Shown one piece after another: positions 27,079-40,174 of a DNA stretch of 64,000 bases (positions are counted from its first letter, which is position 1; every line of letters begins with the position of its first letter). Under the pieces are notes generated by a model, which worked only from the letters and a program-made list of their open reading frames with translations, did no database searches and was not told where the DNA came from. Both the position numbers and the translations under genes were made by a program. Location: the NCBI GenBank assembly GCA_001179505.1, contig CDMY01000419.1:16998-80997 (forward strand), given 5' to 3'. This DNA comes from Vitrella brassicaformis CCMP3155. Lineage: Eukaryota; Protista; Chromerida.

Positions 27079-30000
27079 ATGTGCCAGCCTAGAAAGAGTT
27101 TCATTTGTGGGTTTGTGGATTGCACTTTGGGTGACGCACAAGGATGAGTGCCGGCAGCTAGACAGTAAGGCATTCATCACAATGGTCGCATGTCATGTGT
27201 GTGTCGTGTATACGTAATGTCGGGGACAGGGAGTGTGCTTTCTGTCGGTCAGTAGCTGTTGCGTGGTAGACAAAGCTGCATACGCACAGACAGACGCGTC
27301 ATCACAATTGCGTCATCAGGCGACGGAGAGCTGCGAGTTTATGTGTTTCACACGCACATGATAATGTCACTCATTCATGCTTTCACTCATCATTTGCCTT
27401 GTCTCTCCTCTGCTTCTCTTTCTCTCGCCATGATTTACTGTATTTGTTTTCGTCTCTCGCACCACGAAACCAGTCATATCGTCATGTCATTGCAAGAATC
27501 AATCAGCGCCACCAGGGCCACATGGACGGGCCCTTCTCGTGCACAGCCATGGCTGCCGCCATTCTGTTTGCGCGCTCAGCCCGGCCCTGCACGGCCCCCG
27601 AAGCCCGTTCTCCTGTTTTCTCTCCAAGAACGGGGGCTTTTCTCCCCGTCGGGCTGGCGGGACTCGCTCGCGTTCCCGAAACGAAATGCAAAGCCCCAAT
27701 GCATGCAAAGCCCCCAAGCTCGCATGCAAGCCCCCACAAGGGAACCGAAGGGAATTGCTAGCTTGGCCCCAATTACGGACGTACGTAAGAGCGTGCCACG
27801 CTCGTGAAACTCGCGAGTCCCGAACAAGCACCACGATGTTGTCCGAAGCCCGCTTTGGAACGGTAAGTCTTCTACACACCAACTGTCCACTGTGGAAACT
27901 GCAGCACTACTCAGGTTTGCCAAGAAGACAGCTGGGTCCATCGGACAATGGTTGGCAGCTTGCTTCTTGCACACGGCAAAGGAAGACCCATGTTTCTTCT
28001 CATTACTGGCATGCAGGTCAGAGATCTCATGCGGCTGGAGCAAGGGGATGAATTATCAGTGAGCGAACTTCAAGCAATGACCATTCACGAAGAACCGATT
28101 TGTTTTGTCCTGCTACACTTCGACGTTCAGCCCGAGGGATCCCCGGCGGCGGCTCCAGTGAGACAGCACGCTCACAAAGGGCCAACACCAGTGTCGCCGA
28201 GAGGATTGGGGGACGCATTCAAGGTCAAGGGTGATGAAAGCGCACACGCCGCATCAACAAGGGCCGTCACCGTACCGGATGGGTCCGCAATTCGGTTTGA
28301 TCCGGCTGGCTTTGCAAAGTTCCGACGTGACACATGCTCTGCAAAGACAGCACGAACGGAGACGACGGATTCGAGCAAAAGGACGTCTGTCAGCAGCGTG
28401 GGACTCGAGCTTTATTCAGGAAATCTGTCAGACGTCGTCTCAGCTGCTCTTCTTATCACGTGGATGTTCCTAGCTGTGGTCGGCGCTGCATGTGCCCTGC
28501 GTGCCGTCGCCGAGCAATTGGACGAGAAGCTTTCCGAGTTGTGGTAGGAGACCGCTTTTCAAGCGGTTATCTTTTGTATGATGCTCACCGTTGCTTTCAG
28601 GGACATGCAAGGGACAGACAAGTTCACCTCTTTTGATCACTACCTCTCTGTCAACTATGATGTATCCAGTAACTTTCAATGGGTAATCAAGATGCACGTA
28701 CTTATTGTGCAAAGATGTCTGGCTGATTTGCGATATAGGTGGAGCAACCGAACCCGTCGGCAATCCTTCGTGGCTGCCTCTGGTCCCTTATCAGTCTTCT
28801 GTGTCTCTTCACTCTGGTTGCCCAAACGCTCTTTTGGCGCAAAGAGGTGAACTTTGTCATCGAGAGCAGAGTAAGGCGGGTGAGACCAGGGCCCCACTGC
28901 TACAGCCGTGAATTGACACTCTCTGCTTGATATGTCGCAGATCAATGCTTACATTCTGAATCGAAAGAGAAAAGTAAGCGATTTTCAAACGAGAAGTTGG
29001 TTGCAAATCAGCGCTGAGGACATGTGTGAAGGCCATTCTGAGGAGCACACGAAGGAAAATCCCACTTGCGGACGGCAACATGCGTAGCGGCAGCTCGCTG
29101 ATGGAGAGGCGGTCGCCACAAAAGGGCAGTGCTCACTTGACCGAGCCGCCTGTCAAGGTCTGGTGCCTTCAGAGGCTTAGGTGGCAGTTGAGCATCACAT
29201 GGTTCACGTGAGCACCCTATGTCTTTCTTTGGTTTATCAATGATGAATTGCCTTGTGTGGGTGTGTTGGCAGGATGTTAGGCACAACTGGCAAGGCCTTC
29301 TTCTTATTTTACTTTGGAAACGAGATGCTTTTGTTGATTTTGGAAGGCTACAAATGTCTTTACCTCGGTGGTTTCGACTTGGTCTCTTTGGATGAGGTGC
29401 CAGCGGGGCATTTTTTAGTCCAAGCGATGCTCGCCGGGCTGATTGCCGTCCACTCACTTGCTGTGCTCTTTATCTACCGCAGCCGGCGGCGCGTGCTGGC
29501 CATATTATCTTCGCTCTGTTTTTCGCTCGCCTATACGCTCCACGACATGTAAAAAGCAGAGCACTTATCAGACTTTTGCATTCGTCAGCTGCTTGCCTTC
29601 GTATCGTTATGTCTCCAGGCTGCTTAATGTGCACAATGCCAGCTCAACGGTGGATTGGGGGAATATATTATTTTTGAAAACAGACAAGAGTTTCGTGTTG
29701 GCTCTCGCCTCCCTCTACCCAGCCGGCAGCTCATGGTACGTCGTACACCTGGATGTATACACGTGCACGTGTACGTGGACACACTAGTTTTCCTTTGTGG
29801 CCGCCATCGATGCAGGTGGAAGCTATGGAAGCTCGGATCGATACTGCTTGTCAGATCGTACGTTACATACCGATCACAAAAGAGGGGCGACTCTGTCAAG
29901 CAACACACGGCCACTTGGTTGATGCGAATGATCGGGCCAGTGCGACACTGGTGCGCAACCACTGTTTCTCGCACAATCAGCCGGGCTATGTCTCGCAGCA

Positions 30001-32750
30001 AGCGAAGCGGGGCCAGCCACGTGGACGACACAAAAAATCGTCATCACGACGACAAAATCGCTTGCGACCAGAATGGAAGCGGCGTTGCAGACTGCCAACA
30101 ACAACGTGGCGAGGAGGGAGGCGAAAGAAAGCAGCCGGCTCACACGGAATCGCTGGCTGCTCCAAGACTATATCGAAGCTTGAGCTTTCCCTGCGCGGCT
30201 GAACGTCAATCGGGAGCGCCACTTAGAAGCGGCAGCGCACATTGCCTGAAAGAGAGCCCTCTCGTCTCGAGTGAGACGCTCAAGGAATGGTGGATCACGT
30301 ATCGGGCGGCATATTTTCTTGAGACCCGCCGCTTGTCCTTTCCCTGCTCTCGGCTCCCCCAGCCAGCAGGAGACACGGATATTGAAGACGAGGACACAGA
30401 AGACGACGAGAGCCCACCATGTCGGGAAGAGCGCCTGACAACTCGGTGCTCGACCTATTCTGCCCAAACGAAGGTTCGATCACAGGCTGCGTCTCTCCGT
30501 GGCTGTACAGGTGACGTTGAGACAGTAGACAGCTGTGTCTTGGAGGTCGAGAGGAACCATGAGGGCCAAGACGATGCCCTCAACGTGGATGCCGACATCG
30601 TCGGCATGTTGCCGCCAAGTCAGCTGATAATGGCGGAAGCCAAACTAAGTGAAAAACTCTCGAATGAGGGGTAAGGAAAACAGCACATCTGACAAACTTG
30701 TGATCATCCGTCTGTTCTGGGGTGGCAGCTTTGACGTTGACACTCCCAAAAACGTCGAAGAGCCGCTTGTTCGACAGTGGACGCCTCAACAGCTTATGCG
30801 GACACTGTTGAGAGGCATGAGCGCGAAAATGGAAGGCGTGAAGACAGGCGAAAGGATTCAGTGGTGCGTAGCAAAATCACCAAAGGTCTATATATAGGGC
30901 AAGAAACAACCAACTTTTCCACATCTCCCATTCACACAGGTGGGAAAGCTACTTTTTCTTCCCCATTCTCTGCTGCTGGGCCATTGTCGTCTGGAGCTTT
31001 TTTGGATTTATCGTTTTCCAGCTGGCAAGGGCTGGCACAGGTAGAAGAGGTGATCAATGTGTATCGTTTGTATTTTCATTGAGTGACTCTCGCGGCCTAC
31101 AGAGTGTCCAAGGTGAGCGGGTACGAGCATTGTATCCTCAAGACGTATCCACCATTTGGCCCTCGGCGAAGCCAAGTCAACAAAAGCAAAAGAGGAGTAC
31201 TGCCTCTGCCATGCAACTGGTAAGATGATTCGAGCCACTCACTCACATGCGATTCCCTAACCATGCACTGTGTCTCCGTCCGCGTCTGTGTCTGCAGTCG
31301 TTATTACTCCGGCGACCGCACCGAGCAGCTGATATCGAACGAGGCCTTTTCCCGAGGCTTCGAGATATACACAACGATACAGGGGGCTCATCTCACATTT
31401 GAGGGGGCACCCGCTTTAGTTAACGCTCTGAAGACGGGAAATGTCAAGAACGTGGACCGCATTCCCCCATCGATTGGCAATCAGCGATTCATGTACAGCA
31501 AGCTGTAATTATCGATTTGTGCATACGTCTGTCTAAAACTCTTTCTGTTTCATCGCTCTGCAGGAGGTTCTTTGGGCTCACATGGACTCAGCTGACGTCA
31601 ATTCCGGAGGAGGTCTGCCTGTTGTCCAATTTGATTTACCTCGCCATCATTTGGTCCAACCTTGAAACCTTTCCGGACTGCCTTTGGGATATGCCGAAGT
31701 TGCTGAATGCCGATTTTGGCTACGGGAGAATAGCCGCGCTGCCCAAGTCTCTGACTAGGTCAAAACTTCAGCATCTCAGCCTCAGAGGAAATCCAGTACG
31801 CGAGGCATTGAACAACTTTCAGATACATCCTCTCGTGCTCATTCAATACAGATATGCCACAACGGCTGGATGGAGACGACCGGTTTACCCACTGATTTCT
31901 TCGGAAGGCTCAATTCCAAGCCCTGCGGAGATGTCAACTCTTTTGGCATCAGCTCTTATGTCGACGAAGAACCTAGACACGAGTGCGTTTCTGCATGCCG
32001 CATGGTCACTGATTGGTTTGGTGCCCTCGACCAAGACCAAAATGGCATACTGTGAGCGCCGGCAATGGACGCCGCTTGTGTCTCATTATTTATCGGATCC
32101 ATTATGTGCGTACGCATCAGGTGTTGGGACGAAGTTGGCGTGATGCTGCAAAGTGGGATTCACCTGTGTCATGCATATGAATGCTCATACATGCCTCTTC
32201 ATGCAATGCATGCAGGGACTTCGCTGACCTACGAACTGTTTTTGAAGCTCTTGGGGACACATCAGCCCTACTTTCCGTTACAATGCGCTACCTTCTATAC
32301 GATTGGGAAGTGGTACGCCTCATCGACTCTGTGTCACTCAGATGCTTCTATGTGTGTGGATCGGCTCTCAGGTTGACCGGCGGTAAAAGCGACTGTCTCG
32401 AGTGCCCCTATGCAGTCCTTCCGCCACTTCTCCCCATGCCGCATGGATGAATGCGCCAGCCTAGAAAGAGTGTGTTGTGGGTTGAGGATTGATCGATTAG
32501 TGTGTGGGCACTTTGGGTGACGCACAAGGATGAGTGCTGGCAGCTAGACAGTAAGGCATTCATCATAATTGTCGCATGTCAAGTATGTGTTGTATACGTA
32601 TGTATGTCTATGTCGGGGACAGGTCGGGGACAGGGAGTGTGCTTTCTGTCGGTCAGTAGCTGTTGCGTGGTAGACAAAGCTGCATACGCACAGACAGACG
32701 CGTCATCAGGCCAGACGGAGAGCTGGCAGTTTATGTCTTTCACACTGAAA
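22780..32750 (+). repeat. Tandem segmental duplication, period about 5.37 kb
   Basis: Homologous stop codons at 27078 and 32450. Near-identical blocks in exons and in the 3' flank (GGGGACAGGGAGTGTGCTTTCTGTCGGTCAGTAGCTG at ~27223 and ~32626). Confidence 0.95.
27836..32450 (+). CDS. Multi-pass membrane protein with C-terminal LRR domain, copy 2 (apparently intact)
   Basis: Several hydrophobic TM exons (LWSLISLLCLFTLV, AFFLFYFGNEMLLLIL, MLAGLIAVHSLAVLFIY, YPAGSSW|WKLWKLGSILLV), a long cytoplasmic linker, LRRs (LTSIPEEVCLLSNLIYL, LETFPDCLWDMPKL, LSLRGNP) and a Cys-rich tail (ECVSAC..WFGALDQDQNGI|CWDE). Start exon is a best guess. Confidence 0.7.
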
Positions 32751-32925
32751 ATGTCCTCTGTCAGCAATCGTCAGAACCATAACACCTTAACACATGTGGA
32801 TGACAGAAGGTCGCATCCCAATCAGCCCCCAGACCCTATTACAACGAACGCTACAAACACATCTATCTCGTTAGCGAATGACCGGAAAAAAAGCCGTGCC
32901 TCGTCGATGTCGATCGTTGGGGCAG

Positions 32926-33856
32926 TCATGCCAAGCCACGGTCCTCCAGCGGGCCTGAAACGCATGCATGCCATTATGGACATCTACCGGTGCGCATGTT
33001 TTGTGCTTTTCCCACTGACTGACCTTCTGGGTCTCTCGATCGCTTTCTGTTGAGTACTGGGGGAATGGCAAGTCCGTCCCCCTGGCAGTTGACGCAAGTT
33101 ACTATTCCCAATCCGTTGCACGTGGGGCACGTGTACCGCCGGCAGTCCTCGTCCGCCTCCTCTATGTTGCCGCCACCCCTCTGCCACACATACACAAGGC
33201 ACACCACACCCACGAATCCTATGAATGAGTCTCCCTCCCACGTTGCGCGTTCCTTCGCACAGATGAATGAAAGAGTCCACGTACGTACCTTCATCAAGAC
33301 GAATCGGTTTCCATGGCAGTTGCCACACACAAGTGCCCCGCTTCCCTTGCCTGGCGGGCAGCAGCAGGCAATTGTTGATGAATGTGTGTTATGGTTCGCA
33401 CTGTGGCGCCCTTCTGGTGACTGTCTGCTTACAGAATGCGCAGTTGTCCCGCGACTTGACCTTCTCGGCCTTGAGCATTATGGCCGTCAGCGATCCCGCC
33501 ACCCCCACGGAGCCTCCCACCCACGCAGCAGACGCCCCAACGCGACGAATGTCCTCATTCGCCGCTGGATTGATCACCTGCAACCACACCATTGCATGAG
33601 AGCACACACAGTGAAGACGTGTGTCGGCTTGTCGTCTCACCTCGAGGAAGGCCCAGATGTCTTGCAGGAGGTGCTCAGGGTTCAGGTCAGGTGGGAAGTC
33701 GAAGAGAGAAGCATATCGTCGTGTGGACGAGGCGCCTAGCCTCCGCAAGGGGGAGAGAGTAGAGATCTGTGATCGGCGCACCGCTGGCGGGATGAACGCT
33801 GAAAAGACTGCCGGGAGGATGGAGACGAAACAGACGAGAAGCATGGCTATGTGCAT
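32926..33856 (-). CDS. Plastid-targeted DnaJ-type zinc-finger membrane protein (ORANGE/PSA2-like)
   Basis: Bipartite leader MHIAMLLVCFVSILPAVFSA-FIPP.., TM WVGGSVGVAGSLTAIML, then CAFC|KGSGALVCGNCHG and CPTCNGLGIVTCVNCQGDG (CxxCxGxG repeats), C-terminus PPVLNRKRSRDPE|GPLEDRGLA*. Confidence 0.8.
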
Positions 33857-34041
33857 CGCCAACACTCTCGCAGTGTGTGTGTCGTCCCCTGCGTCTTCCC
33901 TTTTCCACGGCTCACTCTTAGCTCGCAGAGGCGGGCGATCCTTTCTTCTCGAGTGATCTGAGACTTGGCGGCCTCTGAGCACCACTCCGGCACTGCCCAG
34001 TAGAGGTGGCAGCGAACCGGACCGCCAAACTGTGACCGGCG

Positions 34042-34848
34042 ATGGACCATGCCTTCCTCTCCCTCGTCCTCTGCATCGGGATGTTCATCATGGCAGCTCT
34101 CACGGCACTGGGACACCTCTGCACCGAAGCCCCGTTCGGCAAACTCAGGAAGGAGCGGATCTCTCCCTGGTGGGGACCTCTGCTGCCAGCGGGAATCGCC
34201 TGGTTTCTTTTAGAGGTGCCTAATCTGCTTGGCGCTCTCTCTGTGGCGTTGACCTGCCCGAGGGCCGACTGCCGGCAGCTGACGGTGAATGGCTTCCTGC
34301 TGATGATGTTCTTGATTCACTATATCAATCGGAGCATCGTCTATCCGCTGCGCACACGGGGAAGGGGGACACCTCTGGCGATTGTGCTGATGGCGATGGG
34401 ATTCTGCACATACAACTCGACCATGCAGGCGCACCATCTCTGCTATGTGGCCCGCTTCGACTCAGGGGACGGGGCGGCTCTTTTGCGGCTGATTCTGCTG
34501 GTGGCGGGCTCTCTTCTCTTTCTCATTGGTTTCATCATCAATGTCCAGAGTGACGCTCACCTGATCAACCTGAGGAAAGCCTCCACGTCAGCAGGGGGCC
34601 GGCCTGATGACCATTACACCATGCCCACTGGAGCCTTGTTCGAGTATGTGTCATGCGCCAACTACTTTGGCGAGAGTCTTGAGTGGAGTGGCTATGCACT
34701 GGCGGCCGGCAGCCTCCCCGCCTTGTCATTTGCGGTGTACACGTGGTCCTTTCTTGGCCCTCGGGCGCTGCAGCAACACGGATGGTACCGAGCGAAGTTC
34801 GATGACTATCCGAAAAGCAGAAAAGCCATAATCCCCTGGCTGCTGTGA
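34042..34848 (+). CDS. 3-oxo-5-alpha-steroid 4-dehydrogenase (SRD5A/DET2-like), single exon
   Basis: Uninterrupted 268-aa ORF with AWFLLEVP, HYINRSIVYP, SDAHLINLRK, GALFEYVSCANYFGESLEWSGYAL and HGWYRAKFDDYPKSRKAIIPWLL, all typical of steroid 5-alpha-reductases. Confidence 0.93.
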   Translation: MDHAFLSLVLCIGMFIMAALTALGHLCTEAPFGKLRKERISPWWGPLLPAGIAWFLLEVPNLLGALSVALTCPRADCRQLTVNGFLLMMFLIHYINRSIVYPLRTRGRGTPLAIVLMAMGFCTYNSTMQAHHLCYVARFDSGDGAALLRLILLVAGSLLFLIGFIINVQSDAHLINLRKASTSAGGRPDDHYTMPTGALFEYVSCANYFGESLEWSGYALAAGSLPALSFAVYTWSFLGPRALQQHGWYRAKFDDYPKSRKAIIPWLL

Positions 34849-35203
34849 CTCTGTGATGCGGTGTGAATGTGGCCGTCACGGCCGTTTATTGACTGAAATG
34901 TGCACTGGCGGGCAGGGAGGCAGGCTGGGCTATGACTGTGTTTTGGCTGGGCTGGGCTGTGTCGATAGGAGAGCTCGCACCATACGCTTTAGGATTTATG
35001 TGGACGATGGTGTAAGATAGCACATGGTTTGGTCGAGTGTCAAGTCACGAATTTGTGAATGCATCAATCATGCACAGCCAAAATTGAAGACGCCCTCGTC
35101 CCAGCCAAAAAGGGCCAATCCTATCCACAAGGAGACCGCGACATTGCCGCTGTTGTGTCACTCATCTCTGCAGCCGCACGAGGCACACTCACCATGAGTC
35201 AAC

Positions 35204-36289
35204 TCACCCTCCCTTGCCCTTATCTGACTCATCCCCCTCCCCGTCGACCACCACTGGACTCTCACTCGCACCCGCCGCTTTGTCCCCTCCCACTTTTCGC
35301 CGCTTCAGCTGTTGAGCTTCTTCTCCCGCATTGGGGTCGGGCGCCTTTGTGAAGAAGCTCTTGAATGAATCGGACTGCTGTCGTCTTTTGCCGGCGTTGC
35401 GAAGGGCTTCCAGCAGCTTGTCCATCGAGATGCCCTCGGGCACGTGGCAGCCGTGGATGCCTAGCTTCTTGACGGCGCCATTGACGTTCTGCTGGATGTC
35501 TGCACACACGCAACCCACACACAGACACACAGAGCTCATGAGTAAGGGCCTATTCTACACGCCCTTCTCTGCGTGCTCCTCTCCCACCGTCGAAGAAGAG
35601 CACTTCGTGACTCTTGACCTTTGCCTCCTTCATGATGCGCGATATGTGAGTTGTCTTAGGCTCTGCACAGGCAGACGCACAGACACAGGAAGGTCGCCAC
35701 AGATGTGAGAATCGGTATTGGCTGTCCGTCTTTGATCATCTGGCTGACCTCGGTAGTCAATATTGACCAGCTTGGCTTCGAAGAAAGGCGTCAGACCGAA
35801 TGTGTCCATGACCCGCTGGCCCACGTTGCGCTTCGTGCAGTGTGACGACACGCCCAAACGGAAGCCCACACTTTGACACACACGCAGGACCCGCACCGTC
35901 TCGGCAAACATGACCAGCTCTCTCCTGCAACGGGGCACACACGCCACGACAGTACTAATCCTCATTTTTGAAGGCCTCCCCGGCCGTCCATGTGAGTGCG
36001 CCTCTCCCCTTACCCTCTACTGTCCTTGATCATCAAGTCGCTCTGGCGGGTAATGGTCCCCTGCATCAGGTGAGCATTACCTGCACCAGGGAAGTGTCCT
36101 GCATCATATGCAGGAACATGCTCTGGCCTGAATCACGCTGCACCCACCGTCCCATAGAGTCGAGTCGATGTCACAGACAACGACCCGTATGCCTGCGGCG
36201 GTCATGAGTGCTTGGACTCTCTCCACATCCGCATCAGCACTCGACGTGGCCTCGTGTGGCTGCGGCGCGTCAGCGGCTGACGATGCCAT
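35204..36289 (-). CDS. MDP1: Magnesium-dependent phosphatase 1-like HAD (IIIC) phosphatase, multi-exon
   Basis: VVCDIDSTLWD (DxDxT), LGVSSHC, VLFFD|DIQQNV (FFDD), KLGIHGCHVPEGIS. Confidence 0.85.
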
Positions 36290-36637
36290 GAACGACGTAC
36301 ACCAAGAGGCGGGAAGAAGCGAAGCCTAGATGAATCAACGAACCAGCTACGTGCACAAAGAAGTGAGTGCTGAACAGTAAGAAGTGGGATAGGCTCGTAC
36401 CTTCGGCTCTTTGCGCGTCTTCAGGAAGAGATCTGCTCGCTCCCGAGCGCGCAGATCGAAGCGGCGCGTTGAAAGCTGTTGAGGCTGCTGCGCATGTGCT
36501 GAGCCACTTCCAAGCAGGAGCAAGCTGGCATCGATTCCGCGACAAACGGCGAGACGCCGCGGCGGGCAAGTGGGGGCATAAGACGCGGAACTGATAGACG
36601 GCCCTTGGACGATTAAGCCACGACCACAGGCTCCAGG

Positions 36638-38007
36638 ATGGAGCACCCCGACCTCTCTGACTTCAGGTGCTTTGAGTTCATCACACGCACCCGTGCACAA
36701 CTGCACTGAACAACACGGGGGTGTCGCAGCATCTGCTTTTCTCCTCTCCCTGTTGTGCAGCCTCTCGGTCGAGTCCGCGAAGGTCATTGATGTGCTGACC
36801 AAGCTCATCAACAACCAGAAGCTCCTGAGCGAACAGAATGCAGACCTGGAGTCCCGACTCAAGGAGCTCGCCAGCAAGTCGGACGAGGCGGCCGAGAAGC
36901 TCCGGGGCTTAGAGGAGGAGAACGGCAGGAAGACCGCCCAGATCGATGAGCTGCAGGGTAAGGTGAGGGCTCTGGAGGACCTGGACCCCAGTGCAGTGGT
37001 GGAGAAGCTCAAGGGCCACGATGAGTCGCTCAAGGCGGCTTTGGAGAAGGTCGATGGGTTCGACGTGCAGCTCAAGGAGCGGTCCAGGGAGTTTGCCGAG
37101 CAGTGCGGAGAGGTGCGCAAGGCGCTGGACAAGACGCGGGAGGTGGCGGGCAAGATGGACTCGGTCGAGAGGAAGTTCAATGACATGGCGACAAGGATGA
37201 AGGACACCGCAGACAAGGCCGACAAAGCTCTGCAGAAGGTAGGAAGACAGGCGAAAGACACTCGATCGGAAGCAGAAAATGCTCATTTCGACTCTCTCTC
37301 TCTCTGTGTGTGTGTTCGTGTGTGTCTCTGTCCAGGTGGTTGATGTCTCTGACGCGCAAGCGGCGCTTCAGACCGATGTTGACATGAAGTATGAGCGACT
37401 GTGGACCGAGGTGCTCAAGACGCTTGAAAATCTCAACATCACAGAGGTCAAGAATCTTAAGGACACCATCCAGAAGCAGAACGCCGAGGCGGAGCGCCGC
37501 ATGCAGAACATGGTCAGCTACTGCCTGGGAGTGCTCGCTAAGGCCTCCACGGACCGATCCAACGTCCAGTTCAAGCGCAAGATGCTCCACGGATGGAGAG
37601 AGGCCACCTGGCTGGCCTCCAGGAGGCGCATGGGCATCGCACTGCTGCACCGGCTGTTCAACCGCCGGAAAAGGGACGTGTTGGCGCGGTGGCGGACGGA
37701 ACATCGGCTGGGTGCGCACGCTGATGGGCTGGACAAGTCTTATGCTGAGAAGCTGATGAAGACGCAGAAGACCATTGCGGACAATATCGATCCGCAGATG
37801 CAGGACATTAAGGTCAGTCACGGGGAGAGAGATGGGATGGCGTGTCTCGTACTGTCGTCGATCGCATGTGTGTTCGTCCGTCAGGATCGTTTGGACGGTT
37901 TGGACAAGAGCAAGGTTTCACTCGAGCGCATGAACACATCTCTGGAAGGCACAACAAACAAACAAAGAAACCATTCGACCGATGCGCCCACATTCACGCA
38001 CGATCTC

Positions 38008-38038
<31 letters not shown>

Positions 38039-40174
38039 CTTACCGTGTGTCTCAGAGCGCGAGAGAAATTGGGACCAGAAGCTCGCCACGCTGCAGGCAA
38101 GGCTCCGTCACTCCCCTCGCTCACTTTCACTCTGTGGCTGTCTGTGTGTGTGTGTTGGTTCAGGATGTCAAGAACGAGACGGATGAGATCCGCGAGTTGC
38201 TGCAGGAGGTGACTGCGTCCTCCGGCAAGACGGCCGAGGCAAAGGAGGGACTCATGGGTCGACTCATCGCCGCAGAACAGGCTCTCGCTGACATGAAGGA
38301 GTCAATACCGGAATTCGCTAAGGAGAGTAAGCAGCCGACAAGCAACCGAGGAAAGAATGCGTGTTTGTCGCCAATGATTGTTTGTCAGGTGAGATAAAGG
38401 ATTTGATGAAGGACATGCTGCTGATATGGAACTCTCTCAAGCAGCTCGATGTCGCCAAGGCGGACAAGAAGGAGCTCGACTCGTACGCCGTGGAGGCCGG
38501 TGACCGAGATAAGGTGAGACGAAACGGTCCGGCCATTAAAATTATTGATCACTCCGACTGACGTGTTCGCCGCTTGTGTATCCACTGATCCATTCACTCA
38601 GGAGACTCAAGGCCGCCTGGATGGCTTGGAGGGCAACATCGCGGCTGCGCAGGTAGACGGAAAAGACACACGTACACACGCGATCGATCCTGTCTTGGTG
38701 GCGCTATCAGGCCGAGAGTCAGTCTCAGCTAAGCGGTGTGGGGACGAGGCTGCGCGACGTGGAGGGGGCGGCACAGAACACCGACAACAGACTCAGGACA
38801 CTCAACCACATGCTCAGGTCAGAAACAGAGAGAGACATTGGCCCTTTTGCATGCTGTGTGTTGCGTCTCTGTGTGTGTGTGTGCAGCTCGCTTCTGCACT
38901 TCGTTGAGGAGATTCTTTGGCGCTTCAGCAACCAGAGAATCGGGGAGGGAGGCGAGATACCCGTAAGCAGCCCTCCACCACACATCACCCATACACAGTC
39001 AGAGCTTCTACAACGGTGTGTGGGGTTGTCTTTGTCCCGCCCAGCCTCCCCCGAAAGTTGTGCGTACGGGAGGTGGCTTCCGTGAGTACCCCCGTCAGCC
39101 CCCGCCCCCTCCCACCCCGCCGCCCGTCCCATTCACCCCCCCGCCCTCACTCGCCACGCGGCCCGTCCTCTCACAACCAACGGGATTCTCAGAAGACACG
39201 TACACTCACAGAGACAAACAGACAGACAGACGTGACAGCAAGACCATCCCTCCTGTGTGTTCAGTCACTTTCCGTCGGCCCCTCAGTGGCCAAGCACCAG
39301 CAGCCCCCGCACGTTCGACCCATCGCAGGACCCCGCATCGCAGACACTCAACCAGTGGATACAGGACGCCCGAGACGTGCTCGACATGGCCGCCACACCC
39401 ACGCCCGACCCGTCCAGGGGCAGTCCTTCACCCGGACGCATCGGCACAACAGCAAGGGCACCGGCTGGTATGGATGGATGGATGCACTAGTAGCAGCGCT
39501 ATCTCAATCTGCTCATCTCTCTGTCTGCGCATTTGTTGCAGGCTCCCACACGACGCCCAGGATCAGGTCGTGGGCCCCGGGAGGCAGCGTGCTCGGGTCG
39601 CCAGCCACTGTCGGCGGCACCACGACCCCTGCACGGCCCTTCCACCCGCCGGGCAACACGCGGCCACTGACCAGACCCACATCAGCCAGAGCGGGGGGAG
39701 GCTTCGTGGCCAATGGCGGTACTGGCGAGCGCCAGTTGCCGCCCCACCACAACCTGCGGAGTCTCCGGCGTGCTGACGAGAGCCGCCAGCAGCAGGGGGG
39801 CGGTGAGGAAGGAAATGGGAAGGAGAGGGAGAGGGAGGGGGCTGCGGGCGTGGCGGTCGTCGGACAGCGCGTGGGCAAGGCTGTGTCAAGGGTGAGTGAG
39901 GCACATCCATCCGTTCACTCGACCCCTGTATATATGCTTTTGTGTGTGAACAGTCCATCCCGGCGGGTCAGTGGAGCCGGACAGTGAACGTGCCAGTGCC
40001 CCAGCCCACGCCAGTCGAGGACCCTGCCACCAGCTCAACAGCACCAGCAGCAGCCTCGCGAAACGCTACACCTGGTTAAGGCGAGAGACAGGCGCAACGG
40101 CCAAAACGTATCGCACACATATGTATTGGTGTGGCTTCGGGTCTGTCAGGGCCGCGGCGTCGCAGCAGGACTGA
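36638..40174 (+). CDS. Long coiled-coil protein with Pro-rich basic C-terminal tail, function unknown
   Basis: MEHPDLSDF| then heptad-rich exons (LESRLKELASKSDEAAEKLRGLEEEN, LDVAKADKKELDSY, LLHFVEEILWRF) joined by GT-AG introns. The 3' exons are low-complexity and uncertain. Confidence 0.7.
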
